From assembly GCF_009834535.1 (NCBI RefSeq), contig NC_045696.1:120714001-120778000 (forward strand): a stretch of 64,000 nucleotides of DNA, given 5' to 3'. This DNA comes from Camelus ferus (taxonomy: Eukaryota). The notes under the pieces were generated by a model that worked only from the letters and a program-made list of their open reading frames with translations, was not told where the DNA came from and made no database searches. A program made the translations under genes and the position numbers. Of this stretch, positions 1 to 12,807 are shown one piece after another. Every line of letters begins with the position of its first letter. The stretch's first letter is position 1.

Positions 1-421
1 CCGTGGTTTGTGGAATCCCAGCATCACTAAGAAGGGTATAGAATGATGTCTTGGGAGCTGAGGGACAATTACTTAGTAAATAGCCCACTCTGCCTGGGCA
101 GAAGCAGGTGTCTTACCGCTCTCTTCTTGTGACTCTGGCCAGGAATTGTGGTCCCAAGGAGTGATTGTGTCAGATTTTGCCTGGGGGTCTTATGGAGGAG
201 GGTGTGCTCTCAGAAAAGAGGGCCAAACATGGCTTGGGTCATAGTGACTCCTGCTCTTCTGGCGACAAGGAGGATGGAGAGTGAGAGAGCACCTAAGCTA
301 GGACAGCGCCGAAAACCCGTTGCCCGGGGAGCATTTTAAAAATGTGTTCTTTAGCCCTTACATGTTCAAAATGAGCAAAATGAAATTCTTCATTTGGATG
401 TTACAGCCAGTCTGATGCATA

Positions 422-872
422 CGTAACTGAGCAGGACCCTGGGGGGCCTTCCAGGGTCAGACCCCTCCCCCATGTCCTCTGCTGTGGCTCCTCTCTGAAG
501 GACCCAGATAATAGCATCTCATATCTGTTTCCTGAGTTTGTCAGATGCTTCAGAGCCACCACCAAAGGGAAGAAATTAACTACCTGATAATTGAGAATGT
601 GTGGCTCCCAGACCTTCTGGCACCTAAGGATAGATTACCATCAACTAGAGAATTGTGCATGAGCTGATCACATACCTGCGACCCCCCTCCCTTACCTGGC
701 CTTTAAATATCCTTTGCTGAAACCCTTTGGGGAGCTCAGGGTTTTCTTGGGCACTAGCTACCCTGTCCTCCTTGCTCGGCCCTGCAATAAACCTTTCTCT
801 GCTCCAAACTTCGATGTTTCAGTTTGCTAGGCCTCATGGTGCGGCGGGCACACGAGCTTGCCTTCATTAACA
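422..872 (+). mobile_element. Solo LTR, ERV1-type
   Basis: Starts (C)GTAAC and ends AACA; exact 4-bp TSD CATA at 418-421 and 873-876; TATA-like TTTAAATA near 701; AATAAA at 786-791. Confidence 0.8.
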
Positions 873-1966
873 CATATTAAATTTCAAGTGGTAGTCCCGC
901 CATCACCTCTGCCTCCACCCATAGCAAGAAACCCAGCACGGACTGCCGGGAACTTAGCAGCTGGGGGATGTTAAGCTGCCAAGTGAAGGCACCTGTTACA
1001 AGTCTGCCTCTTCTGGAAAACAAAGGCGGTAAGCTCCTAATAAGGATAAAAGTGTAAAGAACAATGCAGATGGAGTTGGGCACCTGCTGTTAGGGCGGCA
1101 GGGAGTCCATTTTTACATGATAAGATATGCATGGTGGGACGCCATCGAAAACACTTGGGGAGAAATCCTTGGGAAGCAGAAAACCTTAACACGCTCTTGA
1201 AAAACAACGTGTTTATGAATTTACAGCTACATGAAGGAAGGGGACTCAACGGTGCAGTCATTCTGAGCTCCTTTTCCAATTCAGCAGGACAGGAGCAGTA
1301 ACAGCACTTCTGTTGCTCTGTTCACTGCTTCAACCTTACATTCTTCTTGAGCTTGACAAGCCTAGACTTTAAAACACTGCTTTCATCACGAGGCATCTCA
1401 GAGTCGTAGGGTGTCAGACTTGGACAGGACCTCAGAGCAACAGAAAAAGGAATTCTGTAGCAATAAAAATTGTATAACTGTAAACAAGGGCCTCTGGGGA
1501 GATACAGTTAGATGTAAGTGTCTGAAAACTAATATTAAGGAAAGAAGGGTTGTTTGGGTTAGCTCAAGGAAATAACTCAGAAAAACTATTTTAAATAAAG
1601 CAAAAGTAACTCAAAAAACAATTTTAAATAAAGCATTTTTAAGGAAAGCAATCTCAACTAGGATGAGAATTATATTTTAATGCTGAAGATGGAGAGTAAT
1701 GGAGACTATTCATTTTGATTACTTTTACTTTTTTTTTTACACCATTAAATAATACAGACATCACCCAGGAAACTCAAACACTTATAAATAAATTCTGAGT
1801 AGGCAGGGTTGTTTAGAACTTTCTAGAAATGTGGATGCTCGCATACAGGAAAGATGAAACAATTTAGGCATAAACAGATACTACTCTAGTCATACTTCCT
1901 GAGCCCAGCAATGTGCTATGATCTTCCAGGGCCTCCTCCCTGTTTCCATCCTGAGGCAACGTGACC

Positions 1967-2529
1967 CATAATGAGCTGAATGCTTATATCCCCCATCCCC
2001 CAAATTTATATGTTGAAGGCCTAACCTCAAGATGGAGTCCCTAAGGAAGTAATTAAGTTTTGATGAGGTCATTAGGGTGATGCCTAAATCCAGTAGGATG
2101 TGTTCTTTTTTAAAAAAAAAAAATTTTTAGGTATATTTTTGATGGGGGGAGGTGATTAAGTTTATGTATTTATTTATACTTTTTGAGGGAGGTATAGTGG
2201 GGATTGAACCCAGGACCTCAGAGCATGAGGGGCACACGCTCTACCACTGAGCTATACCCTCCCCCAGGATCAGTGTCCTTTTAAAAAGAGACACCTGAGT
2301 GCTCTCAATTTCTCTTTCTACCTGTGTGCACCCACCATGGAAAGACCATGTGAGGACACAGTGAGAAAGTGGCTGTTTGCAAGCCAGAAAGAGATTACCA
2401 GAAGCCAAATTTGCTGTCACCTTGATTTTGGGCTTTCCAGCCTACAGATCTGTGAGAAGATAAATTTCTGTTGTTTAATTGCACCCAGTCTGTGGTATTT
2501 TGTTACAGCAGCCCAAGCCGAGTGAGACA
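1967..2529 (+). mobile_element. MLT1A-like MaLR solo LTR, interrupted by a SINE
   Basis: MLT1-type motifs (gagctgaatg...tatatgttgaag; ttggactttccagcct-like; ataaatttctgttgttt; ggtattttgttacagcagccc); split at 2106-2265. Confidence 0.75.
2106..2265 (-). mobile_element. Vic-1-type camelid tRNA-Ala-derived SINE
   Basis: Reverse complement reads GGGGAGGGTATAGCTCAGTGGTAGAGCGTG...GAGGTCCTGGGTTCAATCCCC (A and B boxes) followed by an A-rich tail. Confidence 0.85.
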
Positions 2530-3056
2530 CCCACCAAATCACATCCATTGTTACACTGTCCACTCCTCACATACTCATAGGTAAACCAGTGTGTAAATTC
2601 TCCAGTGATAATGGAGAATGAGCATGTGTTGGCTGTCTTTCACAGAAGCTGTTTTATTTTTGGTCTTTAAGTGAGAACTTTTTATGGCATTGGCTTGACG
2701 CGCTGAGAAATGGTAGCACTAAGTAAACAGCTGTAATGGAGGTTGGTTTGAGCCCAAGAGTTATGCTAGAGACCAGGAGCGCACAGGCAGGAAAAGGGGG
2801 CTGTCACTATTTGGAGGAACAAGCTGTATGCGTCAGGAGGATGAGGAGGACCCTGACCGCGTATCTGTTACTTCCACCACAGGAGCCCAGACCTAGGATA
2901 GCTCACTAGTCAGAGGGCTTTAAATAGAAAGGATGACAGCATCCAAGTAGACGGGTGTGCTTTCAGCTTGGTTCTTTTTATAAGCACATATATCAGGAGC
3001 CTATGGTACACCAGGCATTCTGCTTGGAGATGGAAGAGGATACAAAATAGCAATGA

Positions 3057-3280
3057 AGGCAGTACTGCGTAATGGTTAAGAGTTTGCGATGTGGAGCCAA
3101 AACGGAACTGGGGTGGGACTGTCAACAGGTCATTTACATGCTCTGTTCCCTCAGGCAAGTAACTTTACTTCTCTGAGCCTTATGCCGACTTCACAGGGTA
3201 CTTATGAGATGGTGCAAGCAAAACTCACAGCACAGTGTTGGAGGCATAGTTAAGTCATTGATGAAATGCTGTTAATAATG
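3057..3280 (+). mobile_element. MIR SINE, decayed
   Basis: aggcagtactgcgtaatggttaagag start and ggcaagtaactttacttctctgagcct core. Confidence 0.6.
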
Positions 3281-3609
3281 TCAAATATGAATGTTTAATT
3301 AATAATTTTAAATTTTAAATTATTTGAGCCCTGGGAGCTATCGATCTAGTTTGAAGCTAAAAGTCGGCACACCTCTTTATAAAGGGGAACATTGTTAAAA
3401 TAAAGGTTCAAATAAAATACAGTGAGAGATATCTGTTTCTTGTAGGAGAAAGAAGAGGTTGGGGAAAGTTTGACAAAGGATGTAACACCTGGACTATTAA
3501 GAAAAGTTTATTTCTAAATAGTAGGTTACCTCCTGAGGACTCTCTAAGTTCGTACCTGTGATAGTGACACAGAAATGGACAAACTGAGCATCTGAAAACA
3601 GATCCAAGT

Positions 3610-4014
3610 TGTTACGGGCTGAATTGTGCCCCCCACCCTCCTCCAGTCCTGCCCAGATTCATGAGTGAAGTCCTAACGCCCTGCCCCTCAGAATGTGACT
3701 GTGTTGGGAGATAAGGTCTTTAGAATGGGAGTTGTGTTGCAATGAAGTCATTAAGGTATGTCCTAATCCAACATGATGGTATCTTTACAAAAGAGGAAAT
3801 TTGAACACAGACATGTACAGAGAGAAGGCCATGGGAAGACAGAGGGTGAAGATGGCCACCTATAAGCCAAAGAGAAAGGCCTCAAAAGAAACCAACCCTG
3901 CCGACACCTTGATCCCAGACAGCTAGCCTCCATGACTGCGGGGAATGACATTTCTGTTGTTCAAGACACCCACCCCTTGCTACTTCATTATGGCAGCCCC
4001 AGCAAACTAATACA
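3610..4014 (+). mobile_element. MLT1B-like MaLR solo LTR
   Basis: TGTTACGGGCTGAATTGTGCCCC start, GCAAACTAATACA end; near-perfect 5-bp TSD CAAGT/CGAGT. Confidence 0.8.
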
Positions 4015-4035
4015 CGAGTGTACACTAGACCTGAA

Positions 4036-5108
4036 TAGAGCTGTGCCCCAGTATCCACAGGGGATTGCTTCCAGGACCCTGCAGATACTGTTTGAGCAAG
4101 CAGACAGCTAGATATGAGCAGGGAAAGGGGGACACAGACCAAATGGCAGGAATTGGGCAGAAAGGAGGGGCACAGGCCAAATGCAGGACACCACACATCA
4201 TGTAAGCACCAGGGGTCCCTGGGCAGAGAAAGAAAAGAAGGAAACTTTGGGCTGATAAGGGGCCACACCTTTTGGGGTGATGAGTGGCCTGGAGACCGCC
4301 AAAGAAAGGTGAGAAAAGGCAGGAATTTCCAGTGTCCAAATGTGCCTTTTGCTCGTTGTGCCCTCTTTTCAATAAAATTAGCCTTGCAGATCAGAAGTAC
4401 CCATCATGCACTGAGGCCATGACACTTCTGATCCAGACTAAATAAGGACAAAAATCCCTCCTCCCTTTGGGAAGGTGGAGTTGGGATGATAATCAGGGAA
4501 TACGACCCCAAACCCTCCCCTCCCCAGTGAATATTCCGCCCACTCATTTTCACACCCTATGTAACCAGCCTGTCAAAGAAACTCAGGGCAGCCGCTCACC
4601 TGAGCCTGCCGGCTCTACCCTGCGAGTGTGCTATCCATTCTTTAATAAATTCTTGTTTTACTTTTCTTAACCACTGCGTCTTGTCTCTGAATTCTTTCTG
4701 GGGCGGGACTAGAACCTGGAACACCGGTTGCATCCACCGGCAACAATGTCAGAATCTGCAGATCTGCAAGTCCTTTATTAAAATGGTGTAATATTTGCAT
4801 ATAACCTACACACATTCTCCCACACACTGTAAATCATCTCTAGATTACTTATAATTCCTAATACAATATAAATGCTGGGTAAAGAGTTGCCAGTGTATGT
4901 CAAATTCAAGTTTTGTTTCTTGGAACTTCCTGAATTTTTTTTTTCTGAATGTTTTCCATCCATGGTTAATTGAATCTTCAGCTACAGAATGTGCTGATAC
5001 GGGGGGCTGACTGTGGTACACCATTGTATATAAGGGACTTGGGCATCCACAAATTTTGTTATCTGAGGTGGTCCTGGAACGAATCCCCCAGGGATGCTGA
5101 AGGATGAA
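4036..5108 (+). mobile_element. MER2 (Tigger) DNA transposon split by an LTR, plus an inverted partial copy of its 5' end
   Basis: gggattgcttccaggaccctgcagatac | cagaatctgcagat...atttgcatataacctac...aatcatctctagattacttataat; collinear with the intact MER2 at 41185-41520. Confidence 0.75.
4089..4745 (+). mobile_element. Solo LTR, ERV1-type, nested in MER2
   Basis: TG...CA ends (TGTTTGAG...GGCAACA); AATAAA at 4644-4649; it interrupts MER2 and leaves 4 extra nt, consistent with a decayed 4-bp TSD. Confidence 0.75.
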
Positions 5109-5427
5109 GTTACAAAAATAAAATTTAAATGGTATTAAGTATCTAAATGTAACAAATAAAGCACATTAGAAAATATGTAGACCATATTCTTACAACTTCA
5201 GGGCTAGGGAGGTCCCACAAAGCAAGTCTGAAAACCCAAAAGCCGAAACACTGGTAGGTTTGACACGCATTTGGGGATGGTGGCAGGCCTTGGGGGGGAG
5301 GAAGACCCTGAGCCAGGTGCTAAAGACTTCAGTGAATGAAGAACCACCAGGGAAAGATAAAGTTCTAAACAATGGCCGAGCCCCGAGAGAGTGCGACACC
5401 TGACAGCAGCCCCAGCCAGGTCAGAAC

Positions 5428-5902
5428 TGTCGACTGAAATAAATGCACAGCCTGAAAGTAGAGAGTTATGTTTTATTTGGTGGGAGGACTTGAGCCGGTT
5501 GACAGCTTCTCAGACAGCTCTGAGGAATTGCTCCAAAGAGGTAGGGAGAAGCTAGGATACATAGGAGCTTTACAACAAAGACCAGGAATTGGAACATTAA
5601 AAGATTACTTCTTAACTGAAGAAACCAGGCATCTCAAGTTAAAGAAGTTAGTGCTTTTCTGTGTATGAGAGGGAGCAAATATTTGGGCTCATTGAATTCA
5701 TTCCTTTGACAAGCACCTAGCTATCTAGGGCCAGTGTTCTGTCCTTTCTTGTTCTGAGTCCCCTCGGAGGGCACCACTGTGAGTGGCTGCAGAGACCAGG
5801 CTGCAGGCTTGTCTTCCCTGGGAGGTGGCGGCAGTGGCTGATGACTTGATGGCTTCAGCATTCTTTGTTTACTGATATGGTTTGCAGTATTCTTCATTCA
5901 CA
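5428..5902 (-). mobile_element. Solo LTR, ERV1-type
   Basis: TGTCGAC...TTCACA ends; exact 4-bp TSD GAAC at 5424-5427 and 5903-5906; polyadenylation signal on the minus strand (TTTATT on + near 5476). Confidence 0.8.
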
Positions 5903-6470
5903 GAACTTTCAATCCTCATTACTTGTCTTCCCTCCCCTGCCTCTGCTTGGGCAGATTCAAATACCTCAGCCAGTAACCCAGGGGAGGAGGAGAAATGCTA
6001 GGCCAGGAAAGAGAGCAAGAGGACCACTCCTCTCCCTCTTCCTGCAAGCGATCAGATCATGCCTAGCAGGTCTCACCTGGAGGGAGGGGAGAGACACGTG
6101 GATAAATGAGGTTGAAAATTTATTTTCTGAGAATTGGCAGGGTCAAATTAAAACTGTGCTTCTGACCTAAGGTTAATAGTTGGATTTTCCAGTTCCTCTG
6201 AGCAACTGAAAAAATCATGGGGAGTATCCTGTATAGAGGAAGGTGAGGGGCATGCATGCGTACGCATATTTAAAGAGACAGTAGGCACCAAAAATAATGG
6301 TTTTTAATGTCACCCTGTGAGTTCTCTGTGTTCAATGAACCCGTTACACCAGAAAAGACTCAGCTAGTGAGAAAAAATAGCCAGGGGGAACCTATTCTAG
6401 ACAGAGCAGTATGGAAACCCTCTCTGAGGAAGTATTATTTAAGCTAAGACCTAAAGAAGGAAAAAGGAGA

Positions 6471-6657
6471 GGGGAAGTATAGCTCAAAGTGCTAGAGCGT
6501 ATGCTTAGCATCCACAAGGTCCTGGGTTCAACCCCCAGGACCTCAGATAAATCTAGTTACCTGCCTCCCCCCACCCAACTATGTGCTAACTCCGTATTTT
6601 CTGCTCAATTGTTGTGAACCTGAAACTGCTCTAAAAAATAAAGTCTATTGAAAAAAA
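6471..6657 (+). mobile_element. Vic-1-type SINE followed by an L1 3'-end stub
   Basis: GGGGAAGTATAGCTCAAAGTGCTAGAGCG...GGTCCTGGGTTCAACCCC, then gtgaacctgaaactgctctaaaaaataaagtctatt-A run (L1M-type 3' terminus). Confidence 0.8.
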
Positions 6658-6829
6658 TTTAATTTAATGAAAGAAGAATTAGCATCTGTGTAAAATATTA
6701 TAAAAAAAATTTAAACACTACAACCCTAATGTGGCAACAACTAGAAATACGTATTTTATAAAGACTGGGTCCATGTATCTAATCTATGCAACATTCTTGG
6801 TTTTCTAGCTCATAATGCAGGGAAGGTGG

Positions 6830-7265
6830 GACAATAAGGATTAAGTCCGGCTACAGTAACAGAGTCTTGAAAAAGAACAGCATAAAAAGATAGAACCTTA
6901 TTTTCTTTTCATTTAAAAGAAATCTGTAGGAAGTCAGTCCAGGTGGAGCATGGTGCTCAGTGTCATCGGGGACCAGAACTCCTTCCAGCTTTCTGTGTCT
7001 TGGGCTGTGGTGCTTGATGGCTGCTGGAGCTCCTCATTTGAAGCAGCAGGAAGATGGAAGGGAAACTGAAGTTTCCTTTTAGGAAAACTTCCTATACTTT
7101 CTACATTGCACCTTTTTTCTGCTTACATCTGATCGGCCAGAACTTAGTCACATGTCACCCCAGTTGCAAGGGAAGCTGAGAAAGGTTATCTACCAGCTGG
7201 GTGCACGGTGCCCAGAGGAAAATTAGGCTTTGTTATAAGGAAGGGGAGGATAATATTGGGAGGCT
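6830..7265. mobile_element. Ancient MLT1 (J/K/L-like) LTR fragment
   Basis: ccagaacttagtcacatg...ttgcaagggaagctgagaaa...gaaggggaggataatattgggaggc motifs typical of old MLT1; highly diverged. Confidence 0.5.
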
Positions 7266-8285
7266 ATTTGAAATCTTCTTTCTGTTCCTTTCTAACTCTT
7301 AATTGTGACGAATAACTACTTCTGGTGTGCTGAATATTAGATAAGAATGTCTGTTTATATAAATTATTGTATGTAATTCTCATATAGTCAATAAAATGCC
7401 ACAGGATGGGAGTCAACAGACATCTGAAATTATGAAACAAAGTGGGGTGCAGTAACAGCCCAGGAAATGGGTTCAAATTCTGATTCAATTTCAGTTGATT
7501 AATATCAGCTGGCCTAGGATGGTAGTGAGTAAAACCCCAGAAAAGCATTTAGAATTTTTTGGTCTTTGAGCTAGTGATATCTTTGTGTAAATTTAGTTTA
7601 GTAGTAAGTTTTTTTAAAAAAAAAATCCACGTGCTGTTTTATACATATGATTTTTTAAAGACGTCTATTATGATTAGGAGAATATGATGATTAAATTCCT
7701 AAGTCTGACCTACCAGCTAAAGAACTGCTTAAACCTTCAGGAAGGTTTTGTCTGTGAGATTTATGTCTATACTGTTAAGTGTACGAGGTGTTTGAGAGAA
7801 TAAAATATACTAACCTTGTTAAAAAAGAAAGAAAGGAGGACAAAGGGGGCAGCCGCTCACAGAGAGGCCTGGGCTTCACCGCCACGTCCTCTCAGATAAC
7901 AGGCAGTGTGTGAAAAGCAAAGGCACAAACCCAAAGAACCACATGAGCAGGAGAGAAGCCATCTCCAGTCTTCTGCAAGCAAATGTCAGTCTCTCCTTAA
8001 TGGAGTGAGGAGGGATCCAGTCCAAATGCTTCTTAGAGCTTTTCACCCTGTCTTCCTGTTTCCACCTCCGCTTCCAGTGCTCCCTGCCCCGCCAGTTCCC
8101 GAACCTTTGGGGATTCTGCGGCGCCCACTGGTTTCTCCTCTGCTTCCTGCTTTCCGGGCTGCTGCCTGAAGCTTCAGCTCTCTGTTCTGCTAAGTCAGGT
8201 ACTGCTTGCTGTCCTGCGCCCTGCCTTCCAAAGTGCATTGCTATTTGTGCCAGGGCTAGGAATAAAACGATGACCAAGATGTGGA

Positions 8286-8365
8286 CTGACTGAACCACCG
8301 TGCTGTCCACCAGAAATTAACACTACATTGTAAATCGACTATACTTCAATTTTTAAAAAAAAAAG
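8286..8365 (+). mobile_element. Short camelid L1 3'-end insertion
   Basis: tgctgtccaccagaaattaacactacattgtaaatcgactatacttcaat plus A-tail; GATGTGG repeated on both sides; the same 3' end recurs at 48.1, 54.7 and 63.8 kb. Confidence 0.7.
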
Positions 8366-8665
8366 AAATACAATTGAGAAAAGAAAAGAAAAGGAAAAAA
8401 ATGCGGATGTGGCTCCTGTCCTCATGGAGCTTACATCCCAGTGGAAGAAACAAAACAAGAATAAACAAATGCATAGAAAAGTAGCACATTGTGTTGACTC
8501 TTAGGGGGAAACTCACGTAACAGGACATTAAAATTGAACTTCCCACAGAGGCTCTGAGATACTGTGGATTTTGCCTTCCAAACGAGGTGCTGGGCCCTTG
8601 CTAATTAAAGTGGGGTGCATGGAACATCAGCCTTGCCATGAAACTTGTCAGAAGTGTCGAGTCTC

Positions 8666-9302
<637 letters not shown>

Positions 9303-9500
9303 AGAAGTGTCTAGTCTCATGCTCCAGCCCAGACCCACCATGGGATTTATATGCACACAAAATACTGAGAGGCACGGTACTAGAATCATAGGAAAGGTTT
9401 CAAAGTCTTTAACCCAAACGTGTTTCATACAGCCCCCTTGAGCCTCCTGCCCACATTGTGTTAAAGGAAAAATCATTCATTTGACACTTGTCAAATATGG

Positions 9501-10009
9501 TAAAGGAGACGGCTCAAAAGGGACAACCACAGTGGAGGCTTGGCATAGGGAGCGAGACAGGGCTCACCCCTGAACGGCCCAAGGACGAGCGGAGGCTGAC
9601 AGCTGCACGGTCAGGCCACTCGACACGGCTGTCCTCTTGCTCTCCGTACATCCCTGCTTGACTGGTCCCTGCCGACTCATTTGACTGTCCAGTTCTCTTA
9701 ATTATAGGGCTGAATCAGCAACCGCCCCCGGCTTGTCCCTGCCCCGGCCGCTGGTCACTGGTCTCCCTGGCAACTGATGAGCCAAGCCGACCTCACTTCC
9801 CCCATAAACAGTAGCCTCCTTCTCCCGCCAGTAGCTAAGACTACTGCTGCGTCCTGCCCGTTGCAGACGGTGGGATGTCCCTCCAGGACTTTCCGGTCCT
9901 GGCGTGTAAGATCCCCTGTCCGATAAGCCATTGATGTCTCTGGGCTCTTTGTTTGGTCCTGAGGCTGGAGGAGTATAGGGCTGGCAGGCCTGCAAGGTGC
10001 AGCCCAACA
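9501..10009 (+). mobile_element. Solo LTR, ERV1-type
   Basis: Ends CCCAACA; exact 4-bp TSD ATGG at 9497-9500 and 10010-10013; left terminus reads TA rather than TG. Confidence 0.7.
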
Positions 10010-10059
10010 ATGGCCGAGGAGCAGGGCTGGGGGTCAGTGGATGGAAAAATTTCCAGGAG

Positions 10060-10282
10060 GAAAGAGGAAGGCTAGAGGATTCTTACTAGACCAACTCAAC
10101 AGGAGTCTTGCTGAAGGCCAGCCAGGGAGATACTGTACCAAGGGTGGGAGAGTTAATCTAAGTGGACCCAGCAGGACTTCTGCTAACACTGGACTAAGCA
10201 GACAAGGTTGGGACATAGTTATAGTCAAAGAGAAATCTCAGAGGAGCTGACTCAAGTTTGGTCAAGGAGAGAGTCCTGGTCA
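10060..10282 (-). mobile_element. Old LTR fragment (MER4-group-like, family uncertain)
   Basis: Reverse complement starts TGACCAGGACTCTCTCCTTGACCAAACTTGAGTCAGCTCCTCTGAG, a recognisable LTR 5' terminus. Confidence 0.45.
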
Positions 10283-11344
10283 ACTGAAAAAGAGTCGAGC
10301 AAGTGGAAAGACAGAAATGACTTTGTGCGAAGTATTCATTTGGAGAGACCACGCCCCAGCATGGGAGAAGGTGCAGTGTGGGGCCCTCACTTCTAACTTT
10401 CAGGGAGGCACCTGGAGACGTTGATGTGGCTTGCTCCTGAGAACGGGGAGGGGGTTCACGGCAACAAGCTGAGACTGTATCCAGTGAGTCCCTCTGTTCT
10501 CCTTTGGGGGCAGGCAGGGGTGTTCAATTCTGGGACCCAGGTGTGGAATCCGGGGTCATCATAAAGGCGACCCTGCCCAGAAGGGCGGCTGGCGAGGTGA
10601 GGATGCCACAGCAAGGACTCTGAGCTGCGCTGAATGCAGAAGGGCAGGCGGGTAGTGAAAGGGGGTCCTGGGAGCTGCAGCTGAAAAGCCCCCAAGAATG
10701 GATGAATGGGAGGCCCCTGGGAGGACATTCATGACCTAAATGTGGGGGAACAGAGAGCAGTGAGTTAAATGGGGAGACTGGAAGATGCTTTGGACCTCAA
10801 CAGACTCAGGGCCTCACTGTAGGTACACAGTGACACACCAGGTGACAACAGCAGTGACACTGAGCAGGGTTAGGGGACCAGAAAAGACACTTGGAAAGGA
10901 AGAGTGGACAGTACGTGGCAGCTGGCCAGGACTTGCTGGAAACTGTATGAGAGATACTCTGACAGTGCCCAGAAATACTTGGGTGGCAGTTTTCAGCAAT
11001 AGGAGATTCTACACAAACAGATGCAGACGTGAACCAGTGGGCTGTTACTTCTAACATAATCACTCTGGATTCAGAGACTGACAAGATCTGTGAAAACTCC
11101 AGGCAGCTCACACCCAAGTGCTACCCGACACATAGACTCAGTCATCCATCCTTAAATAAAGGCATACTGAGCACCTGTGAGGCACTGACGTAACAGTGGA
11201 CGAGGCGCAGTGACTGCACTGACGGAGGTCGTGAAGAAGTCCCCAGCCAGGGAGCTACAGACGAGGGACAGGTATCCTGGAGAGATAAAGGTCAAGCTAT
11301 GTGCGTGGTGGGGTGGAGGCATGTAGGAGTTCTGCATTTATCCC

Positions 11345-11512
11345 CAGGCATTGGTCTCAAACTTTCAGGTGCATAAGAGTCACGTGGGACTCTTGTCCAA
11401 ACGCAGATTCAGATTCAGGAGATGTAGGGTGGGGCCTGAGATTCTGTGTCCCTCTCAAGCTCTGGGATGGGCGATACGAATGCCCCGGTGTGTGGACCAC
11501 AGGATTAGCAAG
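11345..11512. mobile_element. MER5A (hAT-Charlie)
   Basis: tctcaaactttcaggtgcataagagtcac...gattcaggagatgtagggtggggcctgaga. Confidence 0.7.
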
Positions 11513-12807
11513 GCTCTAAGGAACACCTAACAAGTCTTGCATAAGCAAACAAACAAACACATCATCCCATATACCTCTGACTTTGACACCTAAGATTTTA
11601 GCAATGAAAAATTTACATTCTGGTCATAATTACCCAGGTGATTGTTACCTGTGTTTTGTCTGGGTTGCACCAATACTAATGCTGTTTGGTGGTTCAGCTG
11701 AGGGCAGACATCATTTTCATGTGCAGGGTAACTGCCTTTTGTATTAGAAAAACTCAAGAACACCAGTGTGGAGGAACATGACTGTGTAGGCCTCACTGTG
11801 ACAGGCAATTTCTCTCCCCCAAATTGCATGCACAATCTCTCTCTTTTAGATTATCTGGCTGCCACCTCCATTAGACTGCCCAGCCAAACTGGGTGAGTTA
11901 CCCAGATATGCTCCTCAGGCCTGGGCCTTTCCACCAGAACCCAAGACAGTATTTGAGGCTCATTGGAGGTTCTAAGCTCTCTGGCCCTTGAGTTTTTCCC
12001 AGGCAATGGAGTCAGAGAAATGAGAAGGTGGGTTACATCAATCACTTCTTTATCCCAAGGGCCATCACCTGCCAAGGTGGGGTGGGCCTGGCCCAGTCAC
12101 ACATCTGCTTTCACTTACATCCTTAATTCTCAAACCACCAGGCACTAGAGGGCACACCAACCTGCCGCACTTGCCCCCTCCCTCCAGCCTCCTACTTAGG
12201 CAGAGCTAAGGGAAACATGTATTTTCCTTATTTCTGAAATCATATTGCTAGTTTTCATCCACAATTATAGGTAGCACGACTGCCATCTTGAAGGTTCCCC
12301 AGGGTTGAACCAATCCCCCCCCCTTTCTTCTTCTGGTTTCCTCCTCTCAGAAGGAGCCCAGAATGGCTGCAGCGGGGAGGCTGGGAGGAGACCGTGTCCT
12401 GAGGAGAAGGTGACAGGGCTCCAGGGACCCGCCCCCAAGCCCACCGGGAACAGTAAGTGTGCTGGGGGCATGTTGTGTTTCTGCTAAAGGAATGGTTTTC
12501 AGTCAGGTCCTGAGAGGACACTCAAGACTGGGTGAGAGGAGGCGGAGTTAGCGGAGGGCCCATCCCAAAGCACCCCAGACACTGCAGGCAGAGCCCAGCA
12601 GATTCCACTGGGGTGTTTGGAGGGGTTCTTGCTAGGAAAGGCTCCAGCAAGAGTGGCTGCGAGGAAAGCCACCACCCCTGGGGAAGTGCGTTTTAAGATG
12701 TGGAGCTGATGGAAAGTCTCCTAGTGCTCCAGCAAACAGGCTGTCTGTCCTTCCCACTCCATCTGAGATGTCCCTTTGTGGCCATGTCCACCCACCAGCA
12801 CCCAAAC

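Noticed and set aside
1573-1635. Imperfect tandem duplication of about 33 bp (taactca...ttttaaataaagca twice)
   Set aside because: An ordinary local slippage duplication in AT-rich DNA; two copies only and no spacer structure.
2106-2265. tRNA-Ala-like sequences here and at 6471, 13035, 24660 and 57303
   Set aside because: These are SINE heads with diverged stems, A-rich tails and in one case a clear TSD; they are not tRNA genes.
4586-7860. Identical 14-mer GGGCAGCCGCTCAC at 4586-4599 and 7847-7860
   Set aside because: Several shared 14-mers are expected by chance in 64 kb, and the match does not extend.
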